Shown here piece after piece: positions 24,113 to 37,147 of a stretch of DNA of 64,000 bases (within the stretch, counting starts at the first letter, position 1; each line of letters opens with the position of its first letter). The stretch covers positions 434,001-498,000 of the forward strand of contig JALMLS010000578.1 in assembly GCA_038496445.1 (NCBI GenBank). The letters are read 5' to 3'. The notes under the pieces are model-generated. The model saw nothing but the letters and a program-made list of their open reading frames with translations, ran no database searches and had not been told where the DNA came from. This DNA is from Trichosphaerium sp. ATCC 40318 (taxonomy: Eukaryota; Protista; Tubulinea). The translations under genes and the position numbers were made by a program.

Positions 24113-25492
24113 TTAGTACATTAAAGTGAAAATAAGGCTTAGTACAACAAACATCAAACAAACATTAACATTGAATGCGCTTGATGGAGTATCACCAGTT
24201 GTAGGAGGAGCAGTGGTACCAGCGTCAGTTGGAGGAGCAGTAGTAGTATCAACAGGAGCAACAGGATCAGCAGGAGCAGCAGTGGTTGGAGGTTCAGCGG
24301 TCATTGTAAAGTTAACGCAGTGCATATTAGGAGACCAACTACCTCCTCTGTGAGTCAACTTATTCCAAGCATCAGCAAAAGCAGTATCGAGAGCAGCTTG
24401 ATCAGCAGCAAATTCTTCAACGATAGCTTTGAAATCGTCATCCTTAATAAGAGCAATATCGGAAGTCAACATAAGAAGGTCTCTTGTACTGTTAGCTATC
24501 CTCCATTGATTTTTATCTCCAGGTCCAATAAATACTTCGTATGTCTCTTCAACAAGCAACCTGAAGTATTGGTTACTCCATTTTTCCGGTGTATCAGTCC
24601 AAGCGCCTTCAAAACCGCTAGTGTACGTATCCGCGCCTATACCTGTACCGCATTCACCTGCCCAAGGATTTGTAATGTTTTCTTTTGGTGGTACACCAGG
24701 TCCAGCAGGACAAGGACCGTGGCACTTACCGAAAGCATGTCCACCGCCAATCAAAGCAACAGTTTCTCTGTCGTCAAAGTCCATACGTTTGAATACTTCG
24801 CGGACTTGTACTGAGCTTCTAACTGGGTCTGGGTTGCCCAAGAAACCTTCTGGGTTGACGTAGATCAATCCAATAGTAGATGCGCCCAAAGGTTCAGAGC
24901 AGTTACCGTTTCCGAAAGGACAAGCCATGTCAGCTTCTGGACCAGGTCCAAGAGGTGCGCTAGCGCTTCCATCGGCTTCATCAACACGTCCAGCACATAG
25001 TTCGCTAACAGGACCCTCCATATCGAGAATAGCGGCAGTACCAGCGAATATCATCAAATCACCCCAACTTAATGCATCACCGAACTCTTCCTTAATCTCA
25101 GCGAGTAAAGCGCGAGCTTTATCCAAATTTGTATTATCTTCCCAACTTCTTTCTGGTTCGAATCGTTGTCTTCCACCAGCGCAACCACCAAGATCGTCAC
25201 TAGTACGGAAGGTACCAGCACAATGCCAAGCAAGTCTGATAAATAGAGGTCCGTAGGTGTCTACGCCGTTAAAAGTATCAGCGGGGAAGCAAGATTGTGA
25301 TGATCTGATAGCTTGCTTAATTCGGGTGATAACAGCCATGATATCGAGGTCTTTTACCGCGTTGTCGTAATCAGCGGGAGATGGTATTACAGCGTCGTTG
25401 GAAGGAGGTGTACCGGCAGCTAGGCCAGGGCATTGAGCGTAGATTACGCATATAAGAGACAACAAGCAAATTAGCGAGCTGAGTTGTATCAT
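24113..25492 (-). CDS. katG: Secreted, probably GPI-anchored, single-domain catalase-peroxidase (class I heme peroxidase); intronless
   Basis: YGPLFIRLAWH, NLDKAR, LSWGDL, GLIYVNPEG, FKRMD..DRETVALIGGGHAFGKCHG, TSGFEGAWT, MLTSDIAL, AWNKLTHR; signal MIQLSSLICLLSLICVIYAQ; T/P stalk and hydrophobic C-terminus. Confidence 0.9.
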   Translation of the reverse strand: MIQLSSLICLLSLICVIYAQCPGLAAGTPPSNDAVIPSPADYDNAVKDLDIMAVITRIKQAIRSSQSCFPADTFNGVDTYGPLFIRLAWHCAGTFRTSDDLGGCAGGRQRFEPERSWEDNTNLDKARALLAEIKEEFGDALSWGDLMIFAGTAAILDMEGPVSELCAGRVDEADGSASAPLGPGPEADMACPFGNGNCSEPLGASTIGLIYVNPEGFLGNPDPVRSSVQVREVFKRMDFDDRETVALIGGGHAFGKCHGPCPAGPGVPPKENITNPWAGECGTGIGADTYTSGFEGAWTDTPEKWSNQYFRLLVEETYEVFIGPGDKNQWRIANSTRDLLMLTSDIALIKDDDFKAIVEEFAADQAALDTAFADAWNKLTHRGGSWSPNMHCVNFTMTAEPPTTAAPADPVAPVDTTTAPPTDAGTTAPPTTGDTPSSAFNVNVCLMFVVLSLIFTLMY

Positions 25493-27901
25493 CTGTGTTT
25501 GTTTAGTAATTCTGAAGAAAAACGCCAAATATCGCGGAGCGTATTTCAAAATGTGAGTCCGGACAAACATGTATATCACGTTTATTCTGTTTGTACACCG
25601 TACATATTAGTGAGGATAGTGCAGTAATTCTGTGCTACTGCACAGCTTCATATAACATCTAAAAATGTAAGGTGATGTGAGTTTTTTTTTCAAAATGATT
25701 CGTGATCACTCGTATACTTTTACAATTATGTCACGTTTCGGTATGTTATTGCTACTGTTAGCGGTAAATTTCGTTATTGGTCGTGATTGTGTACACAAAA
25801 AAACGTGCTGATAAAATGCGCTAGCAAGTAAAAGTAATTTGAAGACTTTTTTTTGATTGCAGTTTTTTTTGTGTGGCCGTAACAACGTGGCTTGTAGTAT
25901 TCTCCAAATAGTTCCTCGTTCCTCCTAAAACGTATAAAGGTAGCGCACTATAAAGCAGGTACGGTCCATAAAACACAAAAAAGAATAAAAGTAAGAGGTT
26001 CAAAAAAAAAAGAAGAACGGAAGGCACGTCAAGCTTCAAGTCCGCGATAGAATTAGTATCATAACTAGCGTTGACGTGCTTTTATACAATGACAGGTATG
26101 GGTTTTGGAATAAACGACGTTTATGACGTTATCAAAAGGTGAGATATTACGGAGGCCTTTCTTAGAGATTCAACCAATAGCCAAAAAAAAACCCCAAAAA
26201 AACTTCTTTTGAGAACCATTAGTTTTACAAAAAGAACCTTCTCGGGACTAATTGTGGATTGTAAAAGTATCAAATACGCGCTAAGCTTTGAAGGTTAGTT
26301 TTTAAAACTGAAAACGTTTTTTAACCGACTTTTACGCTAATTATTTTCGGAACACGTTTTTTTAGCGTAGGTGAAGCGTAGGAGAACAAAAAAAAAAATC
26401 ACGTGATGAAAAACGTGCGTACAGAAAAATAGAAAACGTCATCCCGGGAAAACACTAGCGAAGAAACGCCATCGGAGAATTAGATTAACCACATTGTAAA
26501 ATATGATTACTGACACTTTGGAGTGCTAGCACATCAACAATAATAGAAGTAAGTATTTCCGCTAAAGAAAACAATTACAAATTACTACGAGCCAAAAGCG
26601 AAGTTTTTTGCGCACTCGAACTATGCAGAAATCAAATCTTTTTGCTCAATGCACATACCACACTACGCAAACTACGAGAAAATAGTGATGGTAGCTTTCA
26701 TATGAGCTTCATTTGGGTGAGTGTATCTTTCTGCCAATAGTGTTTTTTTTTTCATCACAATGCCTCCACAAGCATTACCGAGGGCTTGCTTGTACGTAAA
26801 ATCGCTCATTATGAAGTTTAGGTACACATTATGGCAAGGAACATGAACGCAATACATCTTATACGCCAAAGACGCCTATACACAGGTCAATTAGCAGTCG
26901 AAAACTCACACCGAAAAACGTTCGCAGTACACTCACCATTAATCATTAGAGTGCTTTTTTTTTTTGTGTTGTAGACAGTTCGGTTTTCCTATTGACGCCA
27001 TCTAGGTGTTCAATTTAAACTGCACAGTGCGTGTATGTTTTCTATAGTGTAGTTTTAGTCATTAGGTTACAGAAATTGTAGTACTTCACTAGTAGTGAGC
27101 GGATATAAGCGATTTGTTATGAAATGAAGGAGAAATAAAATTATAATTATAAAAAACAAGTTGGAGTACTTAGGGTGCTCACAAACGCTATAATTCAACG
27201 TACTGGCATACATTACTTCACGATGTATTCTAGTTCATTATTCCGCTTGTGTATGACTATTACCTTCGCACAGCGTAGAGGTTTAAAGGGAAGAGAAGAT
27301 ATTGTAAATAGGAAAGTCTCATTTTTTAGTTCAACGGTTTTGTAGTAATACACATATTCATTTTGTGTCACCACAGTGATACGTGATGTGGGTTAAAACC
27401 TTCTGTAAAATATTACTCGTAGAAGTGGGTCATAATCGACTTTAATCCTTACAAATACTATATTTCGACAATGTCTCACATTACAGATTTACACTAGCAA
27501 CAAGTTGTTGGTACATGTCACGTTTCTAACTCTTGATTACATGTAAAGATTTTACCCTGGTGATGCACTTGACGTTTTGTGTAAGTAGCGTGGCCTGAAA
27601 CAATATTGCGAGATCGTTTCAAAGCGATTTTTGTGTCGGTAGTGATAAAATAAAAAATTCAAAAGGAAAAAAGAAATTAACACAGTAACGATGCTCTTCA
27701 TAAATAATAATAAAATCCGCACTAGTTTAATCTGAATAAAAACAATCTATACAATCTCAGAATATTCAACCATATTGCGTGGGAATGGGATAGAGAGGAA
27801 GAAAAATTAGGATTTTAGGATTTTTCCCTTTTTTGTTGTATCCCAAAACACCAAGCGGTAAAAACTTTCGCCGCCACGTGCTCTTCTTCCTTTCTTCTTT
27901 T

Positions 27902-29483
27902 TTAAAATACAATGTTTCTTCTTGATCCAACATGTTGACCTCGTGTTGCTGTGCCTTTATGTTTTCTTCTTCTTTCTTCACCAGGTCCTCGTACTGTATT
28001 GAATCCTTTAGGTACTTGTCTTCTTGATGTCTTTGGCCTAAATTGATTTTTTAGTCACGTGTCAACAACCTTATAATCGAAAAACAAAATTGACAAACGA
28101 ATGAATTTCAGACAAATAAAAGAACCTCAGAGAGTAGTTTTTTTGAGAGGTAAGATTCGGTTGTCGAAAAGAAACAAAGATTTGAATGGCAGAGATCAGG
28201 GAAAACAAAATTAAAGGCTACACATGTTTTTTTTTCTATTTTAGCGTCATTTTTTCATAATCGTGTTTCCTGACGTTTAAAAGTAGCCTAAAAGTGTAGA
28301 AAATATGGACAAGTTTGTTAGAGACGATATGTTAAAAGGTGACGACATAGTCGTGTCAAACCGTCGTTTCAAAAAATTGTTCAATGTTGAATCGGCAAAA
28401 AAATATTTACCTTTCTTTTACGGTGTTTCTAGGACCTGTGTTTCTCGCTTTTCTCAAGTCAATACTTGGAGAAGGCGTTCCAAGACTTCTAGAACGTCTT
28501 CTAGCTGCTCTTTGCTTTCTTTCATAGCTGTCACGTGGACTTGGCCTTACAGGGAATCCACCGCTATCTTTCTTCTTTGCACCTGGAGGAGGTGGTAATG
28601 CGTCTAGATACACATTCCTCAAGCTATCAGGTTCTGTCATTGTTCTCTTATGTTGATTTCTTGGTGGCTTTTTGGGTTGGGTGCTTTTTTTTTGTCTTTG
28701 TTGTTTTTCTTCTTCTGACGCTTTACCAAGAGCGTTAAATAATGTGTTGTATTGTGAAGATAGCTTTCGGATGCCTTCTGTTTTGGAATCTGTTTTAGGT
28801 ATAGACGCAATAGGTAAGTTTCCAGAGGATTTTATACTTCGTGTGATGGGTGTTACTTTTCCCGAAAAGTTTTCGTTGGACGATTTCGCGATTCGTCTAG
28901 AGTTCTGCGCATCGTTATCGCTTGTTACTGTATTAGAAGGTGCTTTCGATCGATCGCTATGTATAGAATGTGGTACAGCAGGTGGTGAGTGAGTAGGCGG
29001 TTCGCTTGTTGACCTTCTAATTAAAAAAATAAGTTTTTTGCCTTTTATGCGAACGTCATTCGTTTTGACGTTTCGTCTCACGTGCCCTCTTAGTTCAGCT
29101 CGTTTCTTCAATATTCTTTGTATTATTCCAGTCTTATCGCGTGATTCTGGTCCAGTAACGTTTACAAGCAGCTGAGAAGCCATAAACTGAACTCTATCGA
29201 GGGGCATCCTTTGAAGTGTAATTTCCAAATTTTCCATCCGTAAAACCATGTCCTGAAGCTTCTTACGTTTCATTTCACTCGCTATCAATGCCTATAAAGC
29301 AATATTAAACAAATATAATGGAACAAAAATAAAAAAATGCAAAGAAGCTTTACCTCCGAACGCGGACTATTCGAGTGAGCGTCTAGGTCACGTGGTTAGA
29401 ACTATTAATGTATATTGTTTTTTAGACGTACTTGATGATCCGTTAGGTGCTTTACCCATACGATTGGTTGTATTGTTATGCAT
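27902..29483 (-). CDS. Uncharacterised basic, low-complexity protein (multi-exon)
   Basis: Exons from MHNNTTNRMGKAPNGSS join in phase to the 293-aa frame; the last exon is inferred (…GSRRNIVF*); no recognisable domain. Confidence 0.55.
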
Positions 29484-30420
29484 TTAATCAATGTGTACGC
29501 CAAATTAAACGGAAGGTCCGCTAGTGGGGTTGTAATTCAGCGGTAGTTTTAAAATAAAATGAAAGAATGTACAAGTTTCTCCCCTAAGTCAATCCATTTA
29601 CCCGTTATGTCATAGCGCCTTATTCGATAGTATGGCCTATATCGCAATCTCTCGCCCACTCTAGAGAAACTTCCCGAATGACGCGATAATCTCAAGCTGT
29701 TGTTCAGTTAAATTAGGTTAATTAGTATGTTATAATTTAGTTATGTTTTTTTGATTTTATGAAGCTATACACGTGTCGTAAAGTGATTTTAGCTTTTAAG
29801 GCAATTATCTCATGAACGGTGCGTATTAGGAACTATCAGATCATGAATTTTAAGATACTTCACGTGAAGTACGACACGGTTTTGTGGAAATAACTTCAAC
29901 GAAATTAGAGAAAAAAACAACCCAACCAATTCTATCTGATCTTTTTTCTTGAATTCTAAAATTATCCTGTGTGATCATGATCACAGTGCAGTACTTCACG
30001 TAAAGGTACTTGAAACTACAAAGTGCTTTTCCACAGAACTTTACCAATGATAGTTTCTTCCCTTATCCTAGAATTTCTTACATAAATATCACGTGTCTGA
30101 AATAGTGAAACAAGTTTTTTTTTTAATGATAATATTCATGCTTCTCAAAAAAAAAAGGCTTCACCCAAGTAAAGAAGAAAAATTTTAGTCAAGCGACGTG
30201 ATCGTTTGAAAATGACGAACCTAAAGATCAAATTCATATCTTCACTTTTTGTACTTAACAACGTGGTGCTATGGAAATGCAGCTTCTAGCCGAGATTGCT
30301 GTCTACCCTCACCTATGTTAATAAGTACTACTTCGGATTTTGATACCTCTCATAAGCGTGTCACATGTGATTTTGGCAAGTCATTTTGACTTACGTTGAT
30401 ATTTGTTTTATCGGTTACAC

Positions 30421-30887
30421 ATGTCAAACAAGAAAGTAGGTGCTAAAAAATACAGTAAAACGTTATGTAACATTCAATACAGCTAAATTTAAAGCTACTA
30501 TCCACAAAGATGGCTGTATGTAAGCTACCACCCAACTCAGGTATACCAGAGTGGCTAGGAAACCTTTCTAAAGTAAAGCCAATGGTATCTATCACGTATA
30601 CGCCAAACGAGCTTTCTATCATTTGTCCTGAGGATATAGTGCCAAAAGAAATAACAACGGAGCGTAATTGGCGTATTATAGAGTTTCAAGGGCCACTAGA
30701 CTTTTCCTTGACTGGTATTCTCAGTTCCGTTTTGGGTCCACTGGCAGATGCGAAAATAAGCGTATTCGCTCTTTCAACTTATGACACCGATTATTGCATG
30801 GTTAAAGACGATAAAGCTCTTGATGCTGTTAAGAAACTAAGGACATTCTGTAATATCACACTTGAACCAGAGAGTATCAACGCTTGA
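30421..30887 (+). CDS. Small ACT-domain protein (bacterial COG3603 / CASTOR ACT-like)
   Basis: SITYTPNELSIICP, WRIIEFQGPLDFSLTGILSSVLGPLADAKISVFALSTYDTDYCMVK; one intron after MSNKK. Confidence 0.88.
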
Positions 30888-31431
30888 TCTCAATCACTGT
30901 ACCAACAAGTTTTTTTTCAAAGACAATAAAATGTATGCCTCTTCGAGCGCGCTTTATTTCTTCAACAGTTAAGTTAACGTAGCCATCAAGGAACATATGT
31001 GCAAGTAAGGCTAATGTTATGAACGCCTTTAAGAGCTTTAACTCCTTTATGTAAGGCAACATAGCGTTTCAGGAATTCTGTAATTTTTGCTGAAAACAAT
31101 GAGATTTTCAAATAAAAACTTTGCTAAGACTGTCAGTACGGTACAGCAAACCCGAATTGCCACAGGAAAGAGTGATTATAGTATTTTAGCTACATGTGGA
31201 AAGTAGCAATTGAGCGTATGATGGTTCTGAGGTGAGTAAAACGTCTCAAAGATTCTCGAAATAATCTCGAAAATATCAAAAATGTTACGGAAAGGTCTCA
31301 AAAGCGATGCTGCCGCTTAGTGCATAATTTCATTTTCATGGTAGAAAATGAAAAGTATAGTGGATATCATGCTTTAACTTAGAAAAGTAGTAAATTAATG
31401 CAATTGTGCGAAGTTAAAAGGTGTTCTTTTT

Positions 31432-31823
31432 TTATTGTTTAGGGCATCCAACACCAATATCAACTTGTTCAACATACTGGCAAGCTGTCTCGACAGTAAA
31501 AGTGCCGTTTCTCAAACCATCAAGAACGTTGTATATCTCTTTCACCTCTGGTGCACCACTCTGATAGTTACACTGAGCTTCACTATCAAACATCAAGCAA
31601 ATACTGAAGAGTATGTCTCTTATAGGTTTGTCTGGTACTTTATCGACAATTTGTTTCACACCGCCAAGCATCTTTGAATTAGACGTTAGTTAAAGGGTCA
31701 GTACACGCGTATCGCTCTTACCAGTTTGCAAATGAGGCATGCGTTCTGTGGGGTCACCTGCGCTTTATTGTACGCAATGAAGAGAACAAGGGATAGTAGG
31801 AAAAGTCCAAGGAATCGTTGCAT
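31432..31823 (-). CDS. Secreted saposin-like protein (SAPLIP/amoebapore-like)
   Basis: Signal peptide MQRFLGLFLLSLVLFIAYNKA; CLICKL plus four more Cys (six in all) in about 95 aa; one intron. Confidence 0.75.
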
Positions 31824-32504
31824 TGTACTTGATACGAGTGTTTTTTTGTCCAACTTAAAGAAGCTGTTTTGGATCAAAATGAATTTTCCTTGTAATGTTC
31901 TGGCTAACAAAAAGCTAGCTTTGCCTGTCACTCTCCCTGGCTCAGGTAGTGTGTTATAGAGCCAGAATATGTATGCATTTCACATACTTATCGGCTTTGA
32001 TACGTATTGTTGAATGAGCAGAGCACACAGTATGTAAAATAAAGTTGTAAGCCCAAAACACAATACTCGTATTTTAAAAGTTTTGCGGGGTTTTTCGTGC
32101 GACTACCAAATTTGGTGGTGAAACTCACCAATGGTACCAAGCTACAGAAAAAACTGCAAACTATTCATTGGGCTCCAACAAACAATTTTGTACACGGAAG
32201 TGCTTTTAGGTTTTGTTCATAGAAAATTCGAAATCAGTACTTCCAAATTAAGTGCACTTAACTATTTTAGAAAAATTCTACCGTCCATTTCTCTAACACA
32301 AAACCACGTTCACTAAAATGCTCACTCACATGTGTATAGAGATATCCTTAGTACTTGATATGTGGATGTTCGTTAATGTAGAATGTCAAACAAAAACAAA
32401 TATTGAAAAAAGTTTATGTATGTTTTCTTTGTTATGTACTCTCTTGCTTGTGTATACCTTTTGTTACATTTTTTGTGATTTAGTTTTATAGTCAGGTATA
32501 TATC

Positions 32505-34250
32505 TTAATCATTAACATGCTTGTTGAACACTAAATTGCTTCTTTGCCAAACATCAGAAGTAGGAAAGTCCTTTAGAACAAAAAAAGTCAATAAACAAAA
32601 ATATCGAGGGAAAAAAAGTACCAAATAATATTTCATCATTGCATCACCGAATTCTCTGCTACTTACTTCTAAAATAGCTGCGTAAGTATAATATATCAAA
32701 ATGTCAGGATAAGGCGTACCAGGAATAAGACTTGGTAAGTGGTCAATAGCAACAATATCGATTGGTTTTTCTCCCTTTTTTGAAAAAAAGTCAGCACGTG
32801 ATTTTTTTATGTTGTTTGTGATGAGACTCTTGACGTACGTCTAATATCCTTCGTGTTGGCTTTGAGAATTCAGTATATTCCTTATAAATAGGTATAGGAT
32901 TATTGACATTATTAGCGTCACAAGATACATCAGCAACAACTGATAGCTGATTTGGTCCTTGTTTAAGTTGATCCATAGTAATGAATGGCTTTGCCATTGG
33001 AGAGTCGACGAAAACACAGTTGATAAAGATATCATGTGAGCGAATAGCAGATGCTACATCTTCACTCTTTGTTTCAGCAATATCCCATTTAGTTACCTCT
33101 AAAAAACAGTATTTAGAAATGACGTCATTTCAAGCTCCAAAAGCAGAAAACGAATGTCATTCGTCAATGAGATCAAACGTACCTACTCCAGGAACCATCT
33201 CAGAGAACTCGCAAGCACCTGATCCACTCCTAATATTGTTGGTTGTGAGAAGCAAGAATAACAAGAGTGAATTGTATTTTAACTGGATAAAAAAGTTACC
33301 TTCCTAGTGCGCCAATGACGAGCACTTTTGGTGGATTCACCTTAGCTTTAGTTATCATATCACCCACATCCTTAGCTAAAAGATCAAGTGTATTGTATGT
33401 AACATTATGATGAGAAGGAAGAGGATCTTTGAAACCAGTCAACCTCTAACAAAAAGAAAGTAAGAAATACAAAAAGACCTTTTGTTGCATCAGTACTTGG
33501 TGTGCCCACGTCTTTATACCCATCGCAGCGCCAGCAATTCCTGCTGATTTACCAAAAGCAGCAACACGTTTACCTAGTAGAGGGATTGGTATGACAAACT
33601 GGAGCGGAGTAAAAGAAAAAAAAACGGTTTTTGTTACAACTTACCATTTTCGTGTACGAGATACTCTAAATCCCATAGCTTTCCTCCTCCATTTTTAAAT
33701 CTCTTCATAAGAGCTGGACCATCTCCCTGACCTTTGTATGCATGTCCAAAGTAGATATGATTATGGATTAGTTTGGGTGGTTCTTCAGGAAGTTCTTTTA
33801 ACCTTAGAGTATAAATATATCTGTTTTACGTGAGTATTCGAAGGTAGTACCCGATTACGACTGCGTCTGCAGGCGATTGCTCCCATGTAGCTGTTTCTGC
33901 CATTTCAGCTCCTACTGCTTCATATGCGCTATCTGGTACGCACCTGAGCGAACGAGTGAGTATTTGATTGATGTAACGGAAAAAGATCACCTGACGCTAG
34001 ATTTTTCAACTGTTACTTTGTGACCTGCGTTTTGGAGTTGTTTAACGTGTTCTGGGAGTAATGCTGATCGAGCTTCGCTTGGTTTAACTTCATGACGAAG
34101 CCAAAAGTGCTGAGGCGCTCCACTACTATAAAATCTACGCGCTTTTGCAACTTTTAGTTCGACAGTATAGTTATTTCGTTAAATGGTACCTTTGTGCGTC
34201 GTACGGCTTACTGAGGCAGCGTATGTGCTAGCCTTCTTAACAGTAAGCAT
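32505..34250 (-). CDS. LYS1: Saccharopine dehydrogenase (NAD+, L-lysine-forming) with a mitochondrial presequence
   Basis: WLRHEVKPSEARSAL, IGLKELP, HIYFGHAYKGQ, LWDLEYL, RVAAFG, VVADVSCD...NPIPIY, IAIDHLPSLIP; N-terminus ...AKARRFYSS. Confidence 0.9.
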
Positions 34251-35259
34251 TTTAGAATGATTGTATTGTTGTACTGGTCACATGCAGTCGTTGACATAAA
34301 CCGCTTATTTTTACTTACAATGCGTGCTATGATGTTCCACGCGTTGTTTTCATTCCTGCCGTACTGTGGCGTTTCCTTGGCGCTTGGCTTGGTACACTAC
34401 AACCGAACTAGTTAGAGATAACATTGTAAAGGCAATGCTATGCCAGCTGTTTAGTATGGTTCTCCTAGCGCATAGCGCAGAAAGCCATAACTCACCAATT
34501 CCACCTGAAGTATGTAAATACATTCGCTTTAAAATTAACGCTTAGATTAGGTGCAAGGCGTACTGGTACCAGTTTTAAAACACTGGAGCGCATTATTAAA
34601 AACATGGTATGAATAGTTGCTTAAATAGCAGTTTTGCCTCACGTTTTAGTTACATACGCGTAGGTATTTAAATTTATGGCTTTTGAGCGGTCTAGGATAT
34701 CTTACTGTTGGCATTCAATGGGCACAACTCTTAATTACCGCTACAATAATACTACTCGCAGCGTACAAGGGCTACCCGGACTTTGTTGGGTACAATACAT
34801 AAGCACCTACAACGATTTTTTTAACAGTTACTCAGAGCCATTCAATTCACGTTACAAGCGGGTTTAGACGCGTCGCTGACCATTGCAAAACAACAAGACA
34901 ATGAAAAGAAGGAGCAGTAACATAAGAAAGTATTTGCAACAAGGACCGGCATTAATATTCAAAAGAGAACGCGCCACATTTCTTCTGGTGTAAATTTTTA
35001 AGGTGTATGTATTGTTGCTCTAGTGTAAGAGTGTAAAATAATTATACTATCGTAGACCATCACGTTAGTACATGTAGTTAGATAAAAGATAAAGATAAAG
35101 ATGCATATTTATGAAGTTTTCTCGTTGCATCTTTTTTTTCTCGCTTTTTTTTATAACTGACAGCAGCTAACACAATTTTGTACGTGGCCATGTGTGCAGC
35201 TAACCAAATTACCAAGATCTGTGTGAACAAGAGGTCTTTTTATTTGTTGTACTTTAAGT

Positions 35260-36700
35260 CGGCGTCATAGCCATCCTAAGGTACCTTAGAGTTCGCTGTG
35301 TAGAGATGTGCTTTTTGTTGGAAACGTCTCCCAGTCAACTCGCCCAATTTGTCCCTCTAATGTTTATAGTAAGGTAGTAACTATTCATACTATGAAAACG
35401 AAAGGATTAAATGGTACTGAAAGAATAACTATCAAAAAAAAGCCGGACATTAAACTAATGCTATTGTAGTGACTTCGACGTCAGTTTTAGCGACTGCAAT
35501 GGCTATACAGCCCATGCACGATTTAATTAAATGACGTAAAGAGCTTGCCGACTTGAAAGGAAGGCAGCACATCGTAAAAAGATCGACAGTAAAGTTGTAA
35601 CTCATCCTGAGACAGCAAAGCGTACCTGTACTTTTTGAATAAAAATAGTCTCTACGGTATCTTTATGTACGGTGTTATCGACCAACGCATCGTGGACAAG
35701 CGTTTAAACAAGGTTTGACCATTAGAGTCAAGATCAACAAACAAGGCACTGTTTTACTTGTGTATTCGACTATCTATCCTCTGGATGCCATCTACGAATT
35801 ATGTAGACATCACGTTCCTTGTGGACCGGCCGTAAAACTCTGTAGAGTCCTAATTGTCGAGAATGGCTTAAATGTCTTACTAGTAAAGAAAAAAGTGTCA
35901 GAAAAATACGTGGCGGCGTGTATGAATTGTTTCCATCAAGTGGTTCGCTCATAAACTCTTTATAGAACACGACAAATACATCTTTCGCCGTTAACGTCAG
36001 AAAATCGTTTGGAAACATAATGGCTATAAAATATCGTACCTGCACGTTGTTTTGCATTTGTTTTTGTGCCCAAACGCACAAATAAAATCGATTAAAATCC
36101 CAAATCTCATAGTTATGCGCTCTCTGCATTTTTAAACGCAAGGAGAAATCTGTGAGGTAATTATTAAAGACGAAGCGACATAACCCAATTTCCTTTTTAG
36201 TTCGAATTAAAGAAAAAAAAAGCCTGGCTAAAAATCTGCTGATCAGGTGGCTTACTTTCAATAAAAAGTGCAGGAATATATCTTACTTGGTTATTGTTAA
36301 CGCTGGCTTTGCACCACCGACATCTCAGGCGTCTTGGTCCAATGGCAGCCGTTGTGAAACAATGTCTTGTTTGAACACTTTGGCGGTAATATCTTTGGTT
36401 TCATCGTAAACAAGTACGTTCTTTGTCGTCTCGTCAAGCTGAGCGAGCTCTTTCTGCAGCAATCTCTAGTACAAATGTCACGCTTTAAAGCACTTTCTGA
36501 GTACAGTGGTACCTTGAGTTTTCTTATTGTCGTCGGCACATACAAATAACGCCGGAAACGTACGGAATGGTCCACCTTGTACTAACAAAGCTTGGTTTTA
36601 GCGGATGCAAGGCATGTTGGTACGTACACGCGTTTTTTTTCACTATACATGCTTTTGTTAACCTCATAATAGGCATACTACAATAATTGTAGGTCATGAG
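35260..36700 (-). other. Unresolved exon-like fragments (diverged gene or pseudogene)
   Basis: Short protein-like frames flanked by GT/AG sites, but no consistent gene model and no recognisable domain. Confidence 0.2.
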
Positions 36701-37147
36701 ATGCTTCAAATGTATGCTTTGCGTAATATAAAGTCCAAAGCTGTGATTTATATTGAAAAGTTGACTTAAGAATAACAATTTATTTTTTTATTGTTAATTT
36801 TAAGAAGGGCTGGTGTAGTGGGGATTCAGCTATGAATTCACAAAGAAATCTGTTTCGGGACATCGAAAAAAAAAGTCTCCGAGTGTGAACAGAATAACAG
36901 TTTTTTTCATGTTTTCCGATCAACGTGCAGATTCTTTCTTTTTCTAGCAGCATTTTTTAAAACGCTCGGAAACAATATGGTTGAGGTATAAATTGGAGGT
37001 TAATCGTATTAACAGTAGTCGTACAACTGACAAATATTATTCTTTATTAGATTTTTTATTAAAACTGTATGTAAAATGCAATAGGGAGGGTTATAGTCGC
37101 ATGGATTGATTGCATGGCGTATTATTTCGTTTCTTTTAGTATTAGTT

